Positions 28,398-38,355 of a stretch of 44,556 nt of DNA are shown here, one piece after another. A program made the translations under genes and the position numbers. Position 1 is the stretch's first letter; each line of letters starts with the position of its first letter. The notes beneath the pieces were generated by a model that was not told the origin of the DNA, made no database searches, and worked only from the letters and a program-made list of their open reading frames with translations. Origin of the DNA: an uncultured Bacilli bacterium (GTDB lineage Bacteria; Bacillota_I; Bacilli_A; RF39; UBA660); assembly GCA_947624705.1 (NCBI GenBank), contig CANQLL010000003.1:1-44556 (forward strand), in the 5' to 3' direction.

Positions 28398-28835
28398 ATG
28401 TTATTTGAAAACAATAATTTTGATGATAACTTTGGGTTAGACTTATCTTTTTTTAATCTAGATTTAGATAGTAAAAAAAATCCTAAATTATATGATGTAA
28501 AAGAAGGATTTTTAAAAGGAAATATGTTTAAAAATGAATTTGAGCCTTATAAGAATTATCCAGTAGCAACAATTGTTCCAAAAAATAAAAAAGAAGAATT
28601 AGAATTAAAAATATATGAATTAGATTTTGCTATTAATGATTTAAATTTATACTTAGATTTACATCCAGAAGATATGGAAATGTTTAATTTATTTAAAAAA
28701 TATATTAAAGATGCTAATCGTTATAAAGAAGAATATTTAAATGAAATAGGACCAATTTGTCTTACAGATGTTACTTCTAAAACTTATGATTGGCCCAATA
28801 CTTGGCCTTGGGAAAATAAAGGAGGTAATATCTAA
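28398..28835 (+). CDS. cotJB: CotJA-CotJB fusion spore coat protein
   Basis: CotJA-like LYD.KEGF.KGNMF.NEFEPY followed by CotJB DFAINDLNLYLDLHP...GP....WPWE. Confidence 0.82.
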   Translation: MLFENNNFDDNFGLDLSFFNLDLDSKKNPKLYDVKEGFLKGNMFKNEFEPYKNYPVATIVPKNKKEELELKIYELDFAINDLNLYLDLHPEDMEMFNLFKKYIKDANRYKEEYLNEIGPICLTDVTSKTYDWPNTWPWENKGGNI

Positions 28836-29392
28836 TGTTTAAATATGAAAAAAAATTAAATTATCCGGTTAATTTAAAGAAAAAAGATTTAAAAATGGCT
28901 AAATATTTAATTACTCAATTTGGCGGTTCTAATGGGGAATTAGCGGCGGCGTTACGTTATTTTTCGCAAAAATTTACGATGCCTGATGCCAAAGGTAAAG
29001 CTTTACTTAATGATATAGCTACCGAAGAATTTGGTCATTGTGAAATGATTTGTACCATGATTTATCAATTAACTAAAGGTGCAACGGTGGAAGAATTAAT
29101 GAATGCCGGAATTGGCACAAAATATGTAGAACATGGTAAAGCTTTATACCCTACTGATTCGGAAGGAGTTCCATTTACAGCGAGCTACTTTAATGCTGTA
29201 GGTGACCCTCTTGCTGATTTAGCTGAAGATATGGCCGCTGAACAAAAAGCCCGGGCAACTTATGAACATTTAATTGATATTGCCACTGACCAAGATATTA
29301 TTGCCGTTTTACTTTTCTTACGCCAAAGAGAAGTTGTTCACTATAATCGTTTTAAAGAATTATTTGATATGTATCAAAAGCAAGGTTACTAG
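28835..29392 (+). CDS. cotJC: CotJC, manganese catalase family spore coat protein
   Basis: MF.YEKKL.YPV, QFGGSNGEL.A.LRY, DIATEE.GH.E, EDMAAEQKARATYE, REVVH; TAATG coupling to cotJB. Confidence 0.93.
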   Translation: MFKYEKKLNYPVNLKKKDLKMAKYLITQFGGSNGELAAALRYFSQKFTMPDAKGKALLNDIATEEFGHCEMICTMIYQLTKGATVEELMNAGIGTKYVEHGKALYPTDSEGVPFTASYFNAVGDPLADLAEDMAAEQKARATYEHLIDIATDQDIIAVLLFLRQREVVHYNRFKELFDMYQKQGY

Positions 29393-29405
29393 TAACCTTG
29401 CTTTT
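29376..29405. terminator. 30-bp perfect palindrome, likely bidirectional terminator
   Basis: AAAAGCAAGGTTACT|AGTAACCTTGCTTTT spanning the cotJC stop. Confidence 0.75.
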
Positions 29406-29459
29406 TATTTTAAGTAAAATCGTTTAATCGTTCGGAAAATCGTTCGATCGTTCAGCAAA

Positions 29460-32063
29460 TTATACTCCATATTTAACTTTTTTCTTTTTTAAAATTAATT
29501 TTCTTAAAAAATCAACAGGAATAACTGTAAAAGCTAATAAGATTACAATTAAAAATTCAAAACCAGTTAAACCATAAGTTCTAAACATATTTCCCCCATA
29601 ATAAATTAAATATATTTGTACTAATACTATGAAAAGAAAAGTTAATAAAAAGACTTTATTTTTAGTAATATTAGCTAAAATATTTAAACGTTCAGTTCTC
29701 GCATTAAAAGCATTAAAAATACTAACAAAAATAAATAAAGCAAAGTAAGCAGTCATTAAATATTTATAGTTAGTACCACTACGAATTAGCATTTTAAAAA
29801 TTGGTAATTTTAAAAATAAAATACATAAAATGGCGGAATATAAACCTGTAAATAAAATTTCACTATACATATACTTATTAATAATCGCTTCATCCTTTTG
29901 TTTAGGTGCTTCTTGCATATAATCGCGCAGTGGAGCTTCGAAAGAAAAAGCTAGTCCGGCTAAAGTATCCATAATCATATTAATCCATAACATTTGCATA
30001 ATCGTAATGGGAGTGTTAATACCGATAAAAGGCCCAATAATCGACATCGCTACCGCACAAATATTAACCGTTAATTGAAAGATAATAAATTTGCGAATGC
30101 TTTTGAAGATTGTCCGGCCAAATAAAATAGCTTTGCTAATTGATAAAATATTATCATCAACAATCACTATATCTGCGGCACTTTTGGCCACTTCCGTACC
30201 ACTTCCCATCGCAAAGCCCACATCACATTTTTTTAAAGCTGGGGCATCATTGACACCATCTCCTGTCATCCCGACAACTAAATTTTGACTTTGAGCAATT
30301 TTTACTAAACGACTTTTATCACTTGGTAAAGCCCGAGCTATTATTTTAATGGAAGGTAAGATACTAGCTATTTCCTCATCACTTAAACTACCTAAATCTT
30401 TACTTGTTAAAACTAAATCTTTAGAATTATTTATTAAATTAATTTCTTTCCCAATAGCCATGGCTGTTTCTTTAGAATCCCCGGTAATCATAATAGTTTG
30501 AATTCCCGCTTCTGTTACTAACTTTAATCCTTCTTTAGCTTCATCTCTTATTTCATCTTTAATGAAAACTAAACCAACTAGAGTTAAATTATCAAAATAA
30601 TTTAACTCTTTTAAATCTTCATTAATAGCCATTACTAAAACTCTAATTCCCCTATTTGTGGCATTATCTATTTCTTTTAAAATATCTTTTTTATTTAGTA
30701 AAACTTTTCTTTTACCCTCTTTATTATAATAATATTTACAAAAAGGTAAAATCTTTTCCTGCGCTCCTTTAATTAGAGAGAGTCTTTTACCTAAATCAAT
30801 GGTAGTGATAGCATATTTGTTACTACTATTAAAAGGTATTTTATTTATTATTTTAATATTTTGATATTTTTTTTGACAAAATTCCAGTAAAGCTCGATCT
30901 GTTATATTTCCGCCAATAATTTTACCATTTTCATCTATTTGACTAGCATTATTAACAGACATGGATAAATCAACTAAATATTCTAACTTTTTATCTATTT
31001 GTTGATGTTGAGTGTATCTTATTAAATCCCCAGTTATAAAATTAGTTACTTCTAATTTACCTTTGGTAATAGTTCCAGTTTTATCACTTAAAAGTAAATT
31101 AATACTACCCGCTGTTTCAATTCCGACTAACTTTCGAACTAAAACATTTTCTTTTAACATTCTTTTCATATTAGCTGATAAAACTAAAGTTATCATCATG
31201 GGTAACCCTTCGGGTACGGCTACTACAATGATTGTGACACTTAAAGTTAAAGCATAAAGAATATAAGAAAATAATTCTCGAAAGTTAGTTAAAGTAGCCA
31301 TAATTTCATTAACATTAAAATGATTATTTATAACAATCGTGGAAAATAAATAAGAAAAAGAAACCAAGAAAGCTCCAATATAACCTATTCGACTGATTAT
31401 TTTAGCTAAATGTCTTAATTTTAATTTTAAAGGACTATCAGGTTGTTTTTCTTGAATTTCTAAAGCTAATGAACCATAAATAGTTTTATCCCCTACTTCA
31501 CAGACTAACATTTTAGCTTCTTTATTAACTACGACACTACCTCTTAAAACTTTACTATCTTTTAAAGAAGATTTTTCTTTTTCTTTGGCTTCACCATTTA
31601 AAATAGATTCATCTACTTCTATTTCCCCTTCAATAATAATTCCATCCGCCGGAACTTTATCTCCTGAGGCTAATAAGACAATATCTTCTTTAACTACTTC
31701 ATCAATACTAATTTCTTTAATTTTACCGTCTCTTAAAACTCTTGATTTAGTTTTTTCCGCTTCATCTTGTAAACGTTTAAAAGCTTGCTCACTTCCATAT
31801 TCACTAATACTAGAAATAAATGAAGCTAAGAATATAGCAATAACTATGCCTAAAGTTTCAAACCAATCAAAATCTTGAAATAGAAAAACAACTTTAACAG
31901 CTAAAGCTATTAATAAAATTTTAATAATAGGATCTCCTAAAGATTCCAAAAGTAATCTAAAAAAGCCATCTTGTTTCTTATCTGTTATTTTATTAGTGCC
32001 ATATTTTTTTCTAGATATTATTACTTCTTCTTCGCTTAAACCTTTGCTATATTTATTTTTCAT
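29460..32063 (-). CDS. Calcium-translocating P-type ATPase (type II)
   Basis: VPEGLP, DKTGT, KGAQE, TGDS, GDGVNDAPAL, QMLWINMIMDT; start moved to the ATG at 32063 after GGAGG. Confidence 0.93.
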   Translation of the reverse strand: MKNKYSKGLSEEEVIISRKKYGTNKITDKKQDGFFRLLLESLGDPIIKILLIALAVKVVFLFQDFDWFETLGIVIAIFLASFISSISEYGSEQAFKRLQDEAEKTKSRVLRDGKIKEISIDEVVKEDIVLLASGDKVPADGIIIEGEIEVDESILNGEAKEKEKSSLKDSKVLRGSVVVNKEAKMLVCEVGDKTIYGSLALEIQEKQPDSPLKLKLRHLAKIISRIGYIGAFLVSFSYLFSTIVINNHFNVNEIMATLTNFRELFSYILYALTLSVTIIVVAVPEGLPMMITLVLSANMKRMLKENVLVRKLVGIETAGSINLLLSDKTGTITKGKLEVTNFITGDLIRYTQHQQIDKKLEYLVDLSMSVNNASQIDENGKIIGGNITDRALLEFCQKKYQNIKIINKIPFNSSNKYAITTIDLGKRLSLIKGAQEKILPFCKYYYNKEGKRKVLLNKKDILKEIDNATNRGIRVLVMAINEDLKELNYFDNLTLVGLVFIKDEIRDEAKEGLKLVTEAGIQTIMITGDSKETAMAIGKEINLINNSKDLVLTSKDLGSLSDEEIASILPSIKIIARALPSDKSRLVKIAQSQNLVVGMTGDGVNDAPALKKCDVGFAMGSGTEVAKSAADIVIVDDNILSISKAILFGRTIFKSIRKFIIFQLTVNICAVAMSIIGPFIGINTPITIMQMLWINMIMDTLAGLAFSFEAPLRDYMQEAPKQKDEAIINKYMYSEILFTGLYSAILCILFLKLPIFKMLIRSGTNYKYLMTAYFALFIFVSIFNAFNARTERLNILANITKNKVFLLTFLFIVLVQIYLIYYGGNMFRTYGLTGFEFLIVILLAFTVIPVDFLRKLILKKKKVKYGV

Positions 32064-32156
32064 ATTGTCCTCCAACACAATATATGCCAAGGTTTAAACT
32101 TTTAGAATAAAAAAATTAGGACCATATTCTAAATAGTCCCCTATTAATAATTTCAA

Positions 32157-32690
32157 CTATTCATTAATTATCGCATAAACATATGCATCTTCATTTTTAT
32201 TTGTTTTACAAAAATATTTTTTTCTTAAAATACCTTCTAATTCAAAGCCACATTTTTCTAATAACTTACGACTGGCAATATTTGGGTCAATTGTTTCTGC
32301 TGATATTCTTATTAATCCATAATTTTTAAAATAATAATTTACTAATAATTTTATAGCTTCGCTCATTATTCCTTTTTTCCAATATTTTTGACTTAAGCAA
32401 TAAGCTATCTCCCCTGTTTTATGTCTTTTACTTGTTACAATATTAATTGAACCAACAACATTACCTTCATATTCAATCGCATATTGTTTAAAAGGATCAT
32501 CTTTTTTATAACATTCGATGTAATAGTTTATAGAATCTTTGGCATCTTCAATACTTTTATAATTTTTCCAAAGCATATATTTAGATACTTCTTCGTCCAT
32601 ACCCCAATTTTCATATAATTGTTTAGCATCATCTAGTTCAAATTCTCTTAATGTAACTTTTTTTCCTTTAATTGGTTCTAATTTTATCAT
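32157..32690 (-). CDS. GNAT family acetyltransferase (RimJ/RimL-like)
   Basis: LREF...DA, EIAY.L...YW.KGIMSEA, N.AS..LLEKCGF..EG motifs. Confidence 0.9.
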   Translation of the reverse strand: MIKLEPIKGKKVTLREFELDDAKQLYENWGMDEEVSKYMLWKNYKSIEDAKDSINYYIECYKKDDPFKQYAIEYEGNVVGSINIVTSKRHKTGEIAYCLSQKYWKKGIMSEAIKLLVNYYFKNYGLIRISAETIDPNIASRKLLEKCGFELEGILRKKYFCKTNKNEDAYVYAIINE

Positions 32691-32806
32691 TTCTAATTCC
32701 TCCTTAATACCTTCATTATATTCTTGTTAGTTATTTTTTCATATTACTTAATAATAACGTAATATATATTTTTATTTCTTAAGAAAAAACAAGTTCTTCA
32801 AACTTG

Positions 32807-34921
32807 TTAAACTCTTTTAATTTCCACCATTTCATAGGCTTCAATAATATCTTTTTCTTTTATATCATTATAACCATCTAAAGTAATACCACATTCAAAA
32901 CCTTTTTTCACTTCTTTAGCAGCATCTTTTCCTCTTTGGATACTAGCTATTTTACCATCATGAATTATAACGCCATCGCGAATGACCCGAGCTTGAGCAT
33001 TATTTTTAATAAGGCCATCAGTTACATAAGATCCCGCAATAGTTCCAACTTTAGAAAATTTAAATAATTGTCTAACTTCAGCCGTACCTAGAATTTTTTC
33101 TTCAAATTCAGGATCTAACATGCCTTTCATGGCAAGTTCCATTTCTTCGACAACTTTATAAATTATTGTATAAAGTCTAATTTCGACTGAATACTCTTTA
33201 GCAATTTCTTTAGTCATGGCACTAGGAGAAACATTAAAACCAATAACAATAGCATTAGAAGCATTAGCTAAAACTATGTCGCTTTCGGTAATTGTTCCAA
33301 TTCCCGAACGAATAACATTAACAGTTACACCCTCAACATTAATTTTTTCTAAAGCATTGCGTACGGCTTCTTCCGAACCGCGCACGTCGGCTTTTAAAAC
33401 AACATTAATTTCTTTATTGCCGGCATTAATGTGAGCAAATAAATCATCTAAAGAAACAACTTCTTTTTTATGACGATTTTCTTTAGCATAAGTTTCTCTT
33501 TTTTGAGCAATAGATTTAGCTTGACTTTCCGTTTCAAAAGCCATGAATTTATCTCCAGCCGAAGGATTGCCGGATAAACCGGTAATTTCTACTGGCGTAG
33601 AAGGTCCAGCTGAAACAATTTGTTCCCCTAAATCATTTTTCATAGTTCTAACTTTACCAAAGTAATAACCAACTACAATCGGGTCACCTAATCTTAAAGT
33701 TCCATTTTGAATTAAGATTGAAGCCACTCCTCCCACATTTTTATCAATTTTAGATTCAATTACAGAGCCTACAGCATAACGTTTAGGATTAGCTTTTAAT
33801 TCACTCATTTCGGCAATAGTTAAAACAGTTTCTAATAGTAAATCAACGCCTTCGCCGGTTGCGGCAGAGATGTCCACAAAAGGAACATTTCCGCCCCATT
33901 CTTCCGGCGTTATATTAATTTCGGCCATTTCGGTTCTAATTCTATCGGGATTAGCATCTTTTTTATCAATTTTATTAACTGCAACAACAATAGGCACGTG
34001 AGCCGATAAAGCATGATCAACCGCTTCTTTGGTCTGTGGCATGACCCCATCATCAGCAGCCACAATGATGATAACAATATCAGTAACACTTGCTCCGCGT
34101 GCACGCATTTCGGTAAAGGCCGCATGACCAGGGGTATCGATAAAGGTAATTAAATCATCACCTTTTTTAACTTGATAAGCCCCAATATGTTGAGTAATTC
34201 CTCCAAATTCCGTATTAACAACATGAGATGAACGAATATAATCTAGTAAAGTTGTTTTACCATGATCAACATGACCCATAATTGTAACAACTGGTGGTCT
34301 TTTAACTAAATCTTTAACATCATCTATTACTTCATATTCTTCAAAGTTAGCTAAATCGCGGGTTGAATCTTTCTTTAAAGTCTTACCATATTCTAAAGCA
34401 ATAATCTCGGCATTTTCATAATCAATAGCTTGATTTAAACTTAACATTAAACCCGAAGTTATCAGTTTACTAATAACTTCACTACCAGTTACTTCTAACT
34501 GGCTTGCTAAATCATTAACAGTCATACCTTCATGATATAAAACCACATTTTCTTCTTCATTATTAGTTTTTAATTTAGACTTATTTTTATACATAGCCTT
34601 TCTTTTATTTAAAAACTCTTCTTTTGTCACATTATTATTTTTCTTTTTTAATTTTTCTTTTTTAACTTCATTTTTCATAGCAGCATTTTTAATGCTGGAT
34701 AATTCCATTATTTCATCAACAGCTTGATCAATAACATCCTCTTCTTCTAAAGAAGTATCATTTTCTGTACTAATTAAACTTAAAACATTATCTAAAATAA
34801 TAACATCATCATCTTCTAACAAATCGGTTGCACTACTAACATTAATATCAATTTCTTGACATTTTTTTAAAACCTCGGCAACTGTCATATTTACTGAATC
34901 CGCATATTCTTTTACAGTCAT
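32807..34921 (-). CDS. infB: Translation initiation factor IF-2
   Basis: RPPVVTIMGHVDHGKTTLLD, GGITQHIGA, DTPGHAAF, NKID. Confidence 0.98.
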   Translation of the reverse strand: MTVKEYADSVNMTVAEVLKKCQEIDINVSSATDLLEDDDVIILDNVLSLISTENDTSLEEEDVIDQAVDEIMELSSIKNAAMKNEVKKEKLKKKNNNVTKEEFLNKRKAMYKNKSKLKTNNEEENVVLYHEGMTVNDLASQLEVTGSEVISKLITSGLMLSLNQAIDYENAEIIALEYGKTLKKDSTRDLANFEEYEVIDDVKDLVKRPPVVTIMGHVDHGKTTLLDYIRSSHVVNTEFGGITQHIGAYQVKKGDDLITFIDTPGHAAFTEMRARGASVTDIVIIIVAADDGVMPQTKEAVDHALSAHVPIVVAVNKIDKKDANPDRIRTEMAEINITPEEWGGNVPFVDISAATGEGVDLLLETVLTIAEMSELKANPKRYAVGSVIESKIDKNVGGVASILIQNGTLRLGDPIVVGYYFGKVRTMKNDLGEQIVSAGPSTPVEITGLSGNPSAGDKFMAFETESQAKSIAQKRETYAKENRHKKEVVSLDDLFAHINAGNKEINVVLKADVRGSEEAVRNALEKINVEGVTVNVIRSGIGTITESDIVLANASNAIVIGFNVSPSAMTKEIAKEYSVEIRLYTIIYKVVEEMELAMKGMLDPEFEEKILGTAEVRQLFKFSKVGTIAGSYVTDGLIKNNAQARVIRDGVIIHDGKIASIQRGKDAAKEVKKGFECGITLDGYNDIKEKDIIEAYEMVEIKRV

Positions 34922-34937
34922 AATTATTTCCTCCTTC

Positions 34938-35198
34938 TCATCTTACTAATTTTCTTAAATTTTCATAAACCTCTTCTTGAACTTCTACTTCTAATACTCT
35001 ATCTAATATTTTATTTTGTTGCGCTTTATTTATCACAGCTAAATCCCTTTTTAAATAAGCGCCTTTGCCATTTAATTTTCCTGTTTCATCAACTATTACA
35101 TTTTTTTGGGGCGTTCTTACGACACGTATTAATTCTTTTTTTTCACATTTATCTTTCGTAATAACACAAGTTCGCATCGGAATTTTTCTTTGTTTCAT
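34938..35198 (-). CDS. ylxR: YlxR (RnpM) family protein
   Basis: RKIPMRTCVI...KKELIRVV...D.TGK.NG.GAY. Confidence 0.93.
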   Translation of the reverse strand: MKQRKIPMRTCVITKDKCEKKELIRVVRTPQKNVIVDETGKLNGKGAYLKRDLAVINKAQQNKILDRVLEVEVQEEVYENLRKLVR

Positions 35199-35206
35199 GT
35201 TTCCTC

Positions 35207-36124
35207 CTAACTTAAAAATTTTTTAATTAATTCTTTTTCATTTTCCGGATTTAAATCACATGAAGATGCTAATTTATGTCCATAGCCATTAAATTCTTTC
35301 GCGATATTCTTAACTTCTATTTCATTATTAATACTTCTAAATGATACCGTTTCATTATCAACAGCCATAAATATTAAAACATCACAACTTTTATCATCAT
35401 TTAATTTATCAGCTAAGATATTACGATAATCATAAAGTCCATAAACAATCCCATATTTAATTTTATCTATTTTTTTATAAATAACTCTTTTTATTAAATT
35501 ATCTAAATATTTTTGTTCTTCTTCTAATTGTTCTTTAATCCAATTTTTTTCTTCTTCGTTATAGCGAAAATGAAGAGATATGACACTAAATTTATCATTA
35601 AAGTGATTTATATACCCAACACTTCCCAACTTGTGTAATAAAGTTTCTAAATGATAAGCATCTAAATTATTTTCTTCTTTCCACTTCCAAGTATCATGTA
35701 AATCAGTTAACTTAACAAATTCTTTTAAAGTTTTATTAGGAAGAATTAAATAATGATGTTTAACTAAATATTCATAAAATAAACTTGTTGCACATTTATC
35801 TAAATTAATATCAATAAATTGATAATCTTTATCTTTTATTTTTTCTAAGTTAGATATATGATGATCAATAATAAATATTTTATTATTTAATTTTTCATTA
35901 CTAGCAATTTTAGTTAAGATATTATCACTTGGACATAAATCAGTAATAAAAATTTTTTCATAATTTACATATTCTTCTTGATTAATAAAATCATTTAATT
36001 TTAAATCTAAATCTTTAAAATTTTTACATAAAGTATAATCTACTTCTTCAAAACATATTTTACTTAAAATGATACATCCTAAACCATCAGGATCAGCTTG
36101 ATGGGAAAATATTTTTATTGGCAT
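35207..36124 (-). CDS. DHH/DHHA1 family phosphoesterase (NrnB-like)
   Basis: SH..DPDG.G, ITDL, IDHH, CAT, DTW.W, SFRS, G.GH..AS motifs. Confidence 0.82.
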   Translation of the reverse strand: MPIKIFSHQADPDGLGCIILSKICFEEVDYTLCKNFKDLDLKLNDFINQEEYVNYEKIFITDLCPSDNILTKIASNEKLNNKIFIIDHHISNLEKIKDKDYQFIDINLDKCATSLFYEYLVKHHYLILPNKTLKEFVKLTDLHDTWKWKEENNLDAYHLETLLHKLGSVGYINHFNDKFSVISLHFRYNEEEKNWIKEQLEEEQKYLDNLIKRVIYKKIDKIKYGIVYGLYDYRNILADKLNDDKSCDVLIFMAVDNETVSFRSINNEIEVKNIAKEFNGYGHKLASSCDLNPENEKELIKKFLS

Positions 36125-36139
36125 ATAACCACCTCCATA

Positions 36140-36601
36140 TTATTTAGTTTTTATATAAATATTTTGATTATTTAAAATTTCTGTTTCTTCATTTTTTAAA
36201 TTTTCAATTACTTCTAATATTTCTTCATTAGTATAAGTATCTTTAGCAATAGAATTATTATAATAATGCATAATACTATTTAAATCGATATTGTATATAA
36301 CTTCTCCATAAGGTTCTTGACCAAGTTCACCATGCAGTTTTTTATCAGTTCCAATTAAGATAATAGGTGTTTCAAGAGCCCCTAAACCCATTTTAGTTAT
36401 ATAATACTGAGGATTATTTTTTAAATCAATTATTTTTGTTATATAAAGATTATTTAAATTAGTAGCTTGACCTATTAATTCATCACTTTTGGTTTCTTCA
36501 TTATATTGATATTTTAAAGTGTTTTTGCTTTTACCACAAGCCGTAAGACTCATACTGGCAATTAGGGTGGTTGCTATTAAAACTTTTCTTCTGTGCTTCA
36601 A
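36140..36601 (-). CDS. Hypothetical lipoprotein
   Basis: Lipobox SLTAC; start overlaps the nusA stop (ATGA). Confidence 0.75.
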   Translation of the reverse strand: MKHRRKVLIATTLIASMSLTACGKSKNTLKYQYNEETKSDELIGQATNLNNLYITKIIDLKNNPQYYITKMGLGALETPIILIGTDKKLHGELGQEPYGEVIYNIDLNSIMHYYNNSIAKDTYTNEEILEVIENLKNEETEILNNQNIYIKTK

Positions 36602-37713
36602 TTTTGATTTCCTTCCTCATTTATTTGATTTAAAGTTTTAACACTAATTTTATACTTAGTTAAACGACTAGCTAATTTAACATTACTTCCCCCTTTACCA
36701 ATGGCTAAAGAGAAGTTACTATCATCTAAAATTGCTAAAGCTTCTTTTTTAACGGGATCAGTTATATTAACAATAGCATTTTTAGCTGGTGATAAAGCAT
36801 TTTGAATAAAGGTTACTGGATCTTCATCATATAAAACTAAATCTACTTTTTCGCCATTTAATTCTTTTAAAATACTACCAATTCTTGAACCATGTTCCCC
36901 AATACACGCGCCGATAGCATCAACTTTTTCATTGGTTGAATAAACAGCAACTTTACTTCTTAGTCCAGCTTCGCGCGCAACGGCATATAGCATTAAAGTT
37001 CCATCTTCAAATTCGGGAATTTCTCTTTCAAATAATCTTTTAACAAAACCATAATGTTTACGTGAAAGTAATATTAATGGTCCTTTGGTTCCGGCTTCGA
37101 CTTTGGTGACATAAACTTTAACTGAAGAACCCATTTTTACTTCTTCGCCTGGAATCATTTCACTTTTTGGTAAAATACCTCTCGTTCGGCCTAATTCTAC
37201 ATAATAATTTTTAGCATCTTCCATGGCTAGTGTTCCAACTAATAACTCATTTTGTTTATCTGCAAACTCAGCCATGATACTATTTCTTTCTGCTTCTCTT
37301 ATCTTTTGCGTAACTACTTGTTTGGCCGTACTAGCAGCCACCCGACCGAAATCAGCGGGAGTTACTTCTTTTTCAATAGTTTCCCCAACTTTAATATCAG
37401 GTACTATTTCTTTAGCATCTTCAAGTAATATTTGGGCATCAGGATTTATTTCTGGTTCGGTATAAGTAACATTACCTTCTTCATCCACTACTTCTTCTCC
37501 ATCAATATAATCTTCGACTACAACTAAATAAGAATAAACTTTAATATCTCCTGTTTCACGATTAATATCTACTCTAACGTTAGTTTTAGAATCAAAATTC
37601 TTTTTATAAGCTGTAGCTAAAGCTTGTTCCATCGCTTCAAAAACAATATCTTCTGATATACCTTTTTCTTCCACAATATTCTTTACAGCTTTAATAAATT
37701 CTTCACTATTCAT
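36598..37713 (-). CDS. nusA: Transcription factor NusA
   Basis: FGRVAASTAKQV, S1 domain, AREAG.RSKVAV, GACIG..G.R, AIGKGG.NVKLA; start at 37713. Confidence 0.97.
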   Translation of the reverse strand: MNSEEFIKAVKNIVEEKGISEDIVFEAMEQALATAYKKNFDSKTNVRVDINRETGDIKVYSYLVVVEDYIDGEEVVDEEGNVTYTEPEINPDAQILLEDAKEIVPDIKVGETIEKEVTPADFGRVAASTAKQVVTQKIREAERNSIMAEFADKQNELLVGTLAMEDAKNYYVELGRTRGILPKSEMIPGEEVKMGSSVKVYVTKVEAGTKGPLILLSRKHYGFVKRLFEREIPEFEDGTLMLYAVAREAGLRSKVAVYSTNEKVDAIGACIGEHGSRIGSILKELNGEKVDLVLYDEDPVTFIQNALSPAKNAIVNITDPVKKEALAILDDSNFSLAIGKGGSNVKLASRLTKYKISVKTLNQINEEGNQN

Positions 37714-37972
37714 TATAATCATCTCCTTTAACTTTACTTACAACATCTAGAATATAATATTCATCTATTAAATCATGTTTATCCACAATTGGATTAATTA
37801 CTTCTGTGGCTTTAACAATTGTATCTAAATCTATACCCCCAATTTTATCTAATTCAATTGTTAAAAACTTATACTTTTTTTCTTCCCGAATATTAATATC
37901 GGAAACTATAATTTCCATTTCTTTTAAAGCTTGATTAACATCACTTTCTAATTTTTTTAATTTTTGATCCAT
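37706..37972 (-). CDS. rimP: Ribosome maturation factor RimP, N-terminal domain only
   Basis: L.I.LDK.GGIDLD.....T..I..IVD..D.I...Y.LDV.S; first gene of the nusA operon; only 88 aa. Confidence 0.75.
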   Translation of the reverse strand: MDQKLKKLESDVNQALKEMEIIVSDINIREEKKYKFLTIELDKIGGIDLDTIVKATEVINPIVDKHDLIDEYYILDVVSKVKGDDYNE

Positions 37973-37992
37973 ACCTCACCTCTTACCATATT

Positions 37993-38017
37993 AAAAGCAG
38001 GAATTTCTGCCCGCTTT
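37993..38017 (-). terminator. Leader hairpin/attenuator upstream of rimP
   Basis: Minus AAAGCGGG-cagaaatt-CCTGCTTTT between a TGnTATAAT -10 (about 38032-38040) and the RBS; matches the position of the NusA-dependent leader terminator known in Bacillus. Confidence 0.55.
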
Positions 38018-38074
38018 CATCTGTTAAAAGTATTATAACAAAGATATGCTAAAAATGAAACTATTTTTTTCATT

Positions 38075-38344
38075 TTATTTAGTTCTTCTTGTAACTAATA
38101 ATTGATCTGGCATTAAATAAATTGTATCATTTTCACGCATGACTCTTTCTTTATCAATTCCAAATCGATTGGCCACAACATCTAAAGTATCTCCTTCAGT
38201 TGTTATATAATAACTATAGCCGCTTTTGGGAATTAAAATTTGTTGATTAGGATAGATATAATCATTCATTGTTAAACCATTTAAAGTTGCTAGTAATTCG
38301 GGATTAATATTATATTTTCTGGCAATAGCATATAAATTATCCCC
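38075..38344 (-). pseudogene. 3' part of a LysM gene interrupted by the recombinase element
   Basis: Frame open from 38344: GDNLYAIARKYNINPELLATLNGLTMNDYIYPNQQILIP...YITTEGDTLDVVANRFG...; lacks the first strand of LysM2, which lies at 42042 and above. Confidence 0.9.
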
Positions 38345-38355
38345 TGATACTCTTT

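Noticed and set aside
30091-37465. Short ORFs within the ATPase, infB and nusA genes
   Set aside because: Antisense or alternative-frame artefacts of conserved genes.
38075-38269. 64-aa ORF as an independent gene
   Set aside because: The frame extends to 38344 and is the 3' half of the split LysM gene; the internal ATG has no RBS.
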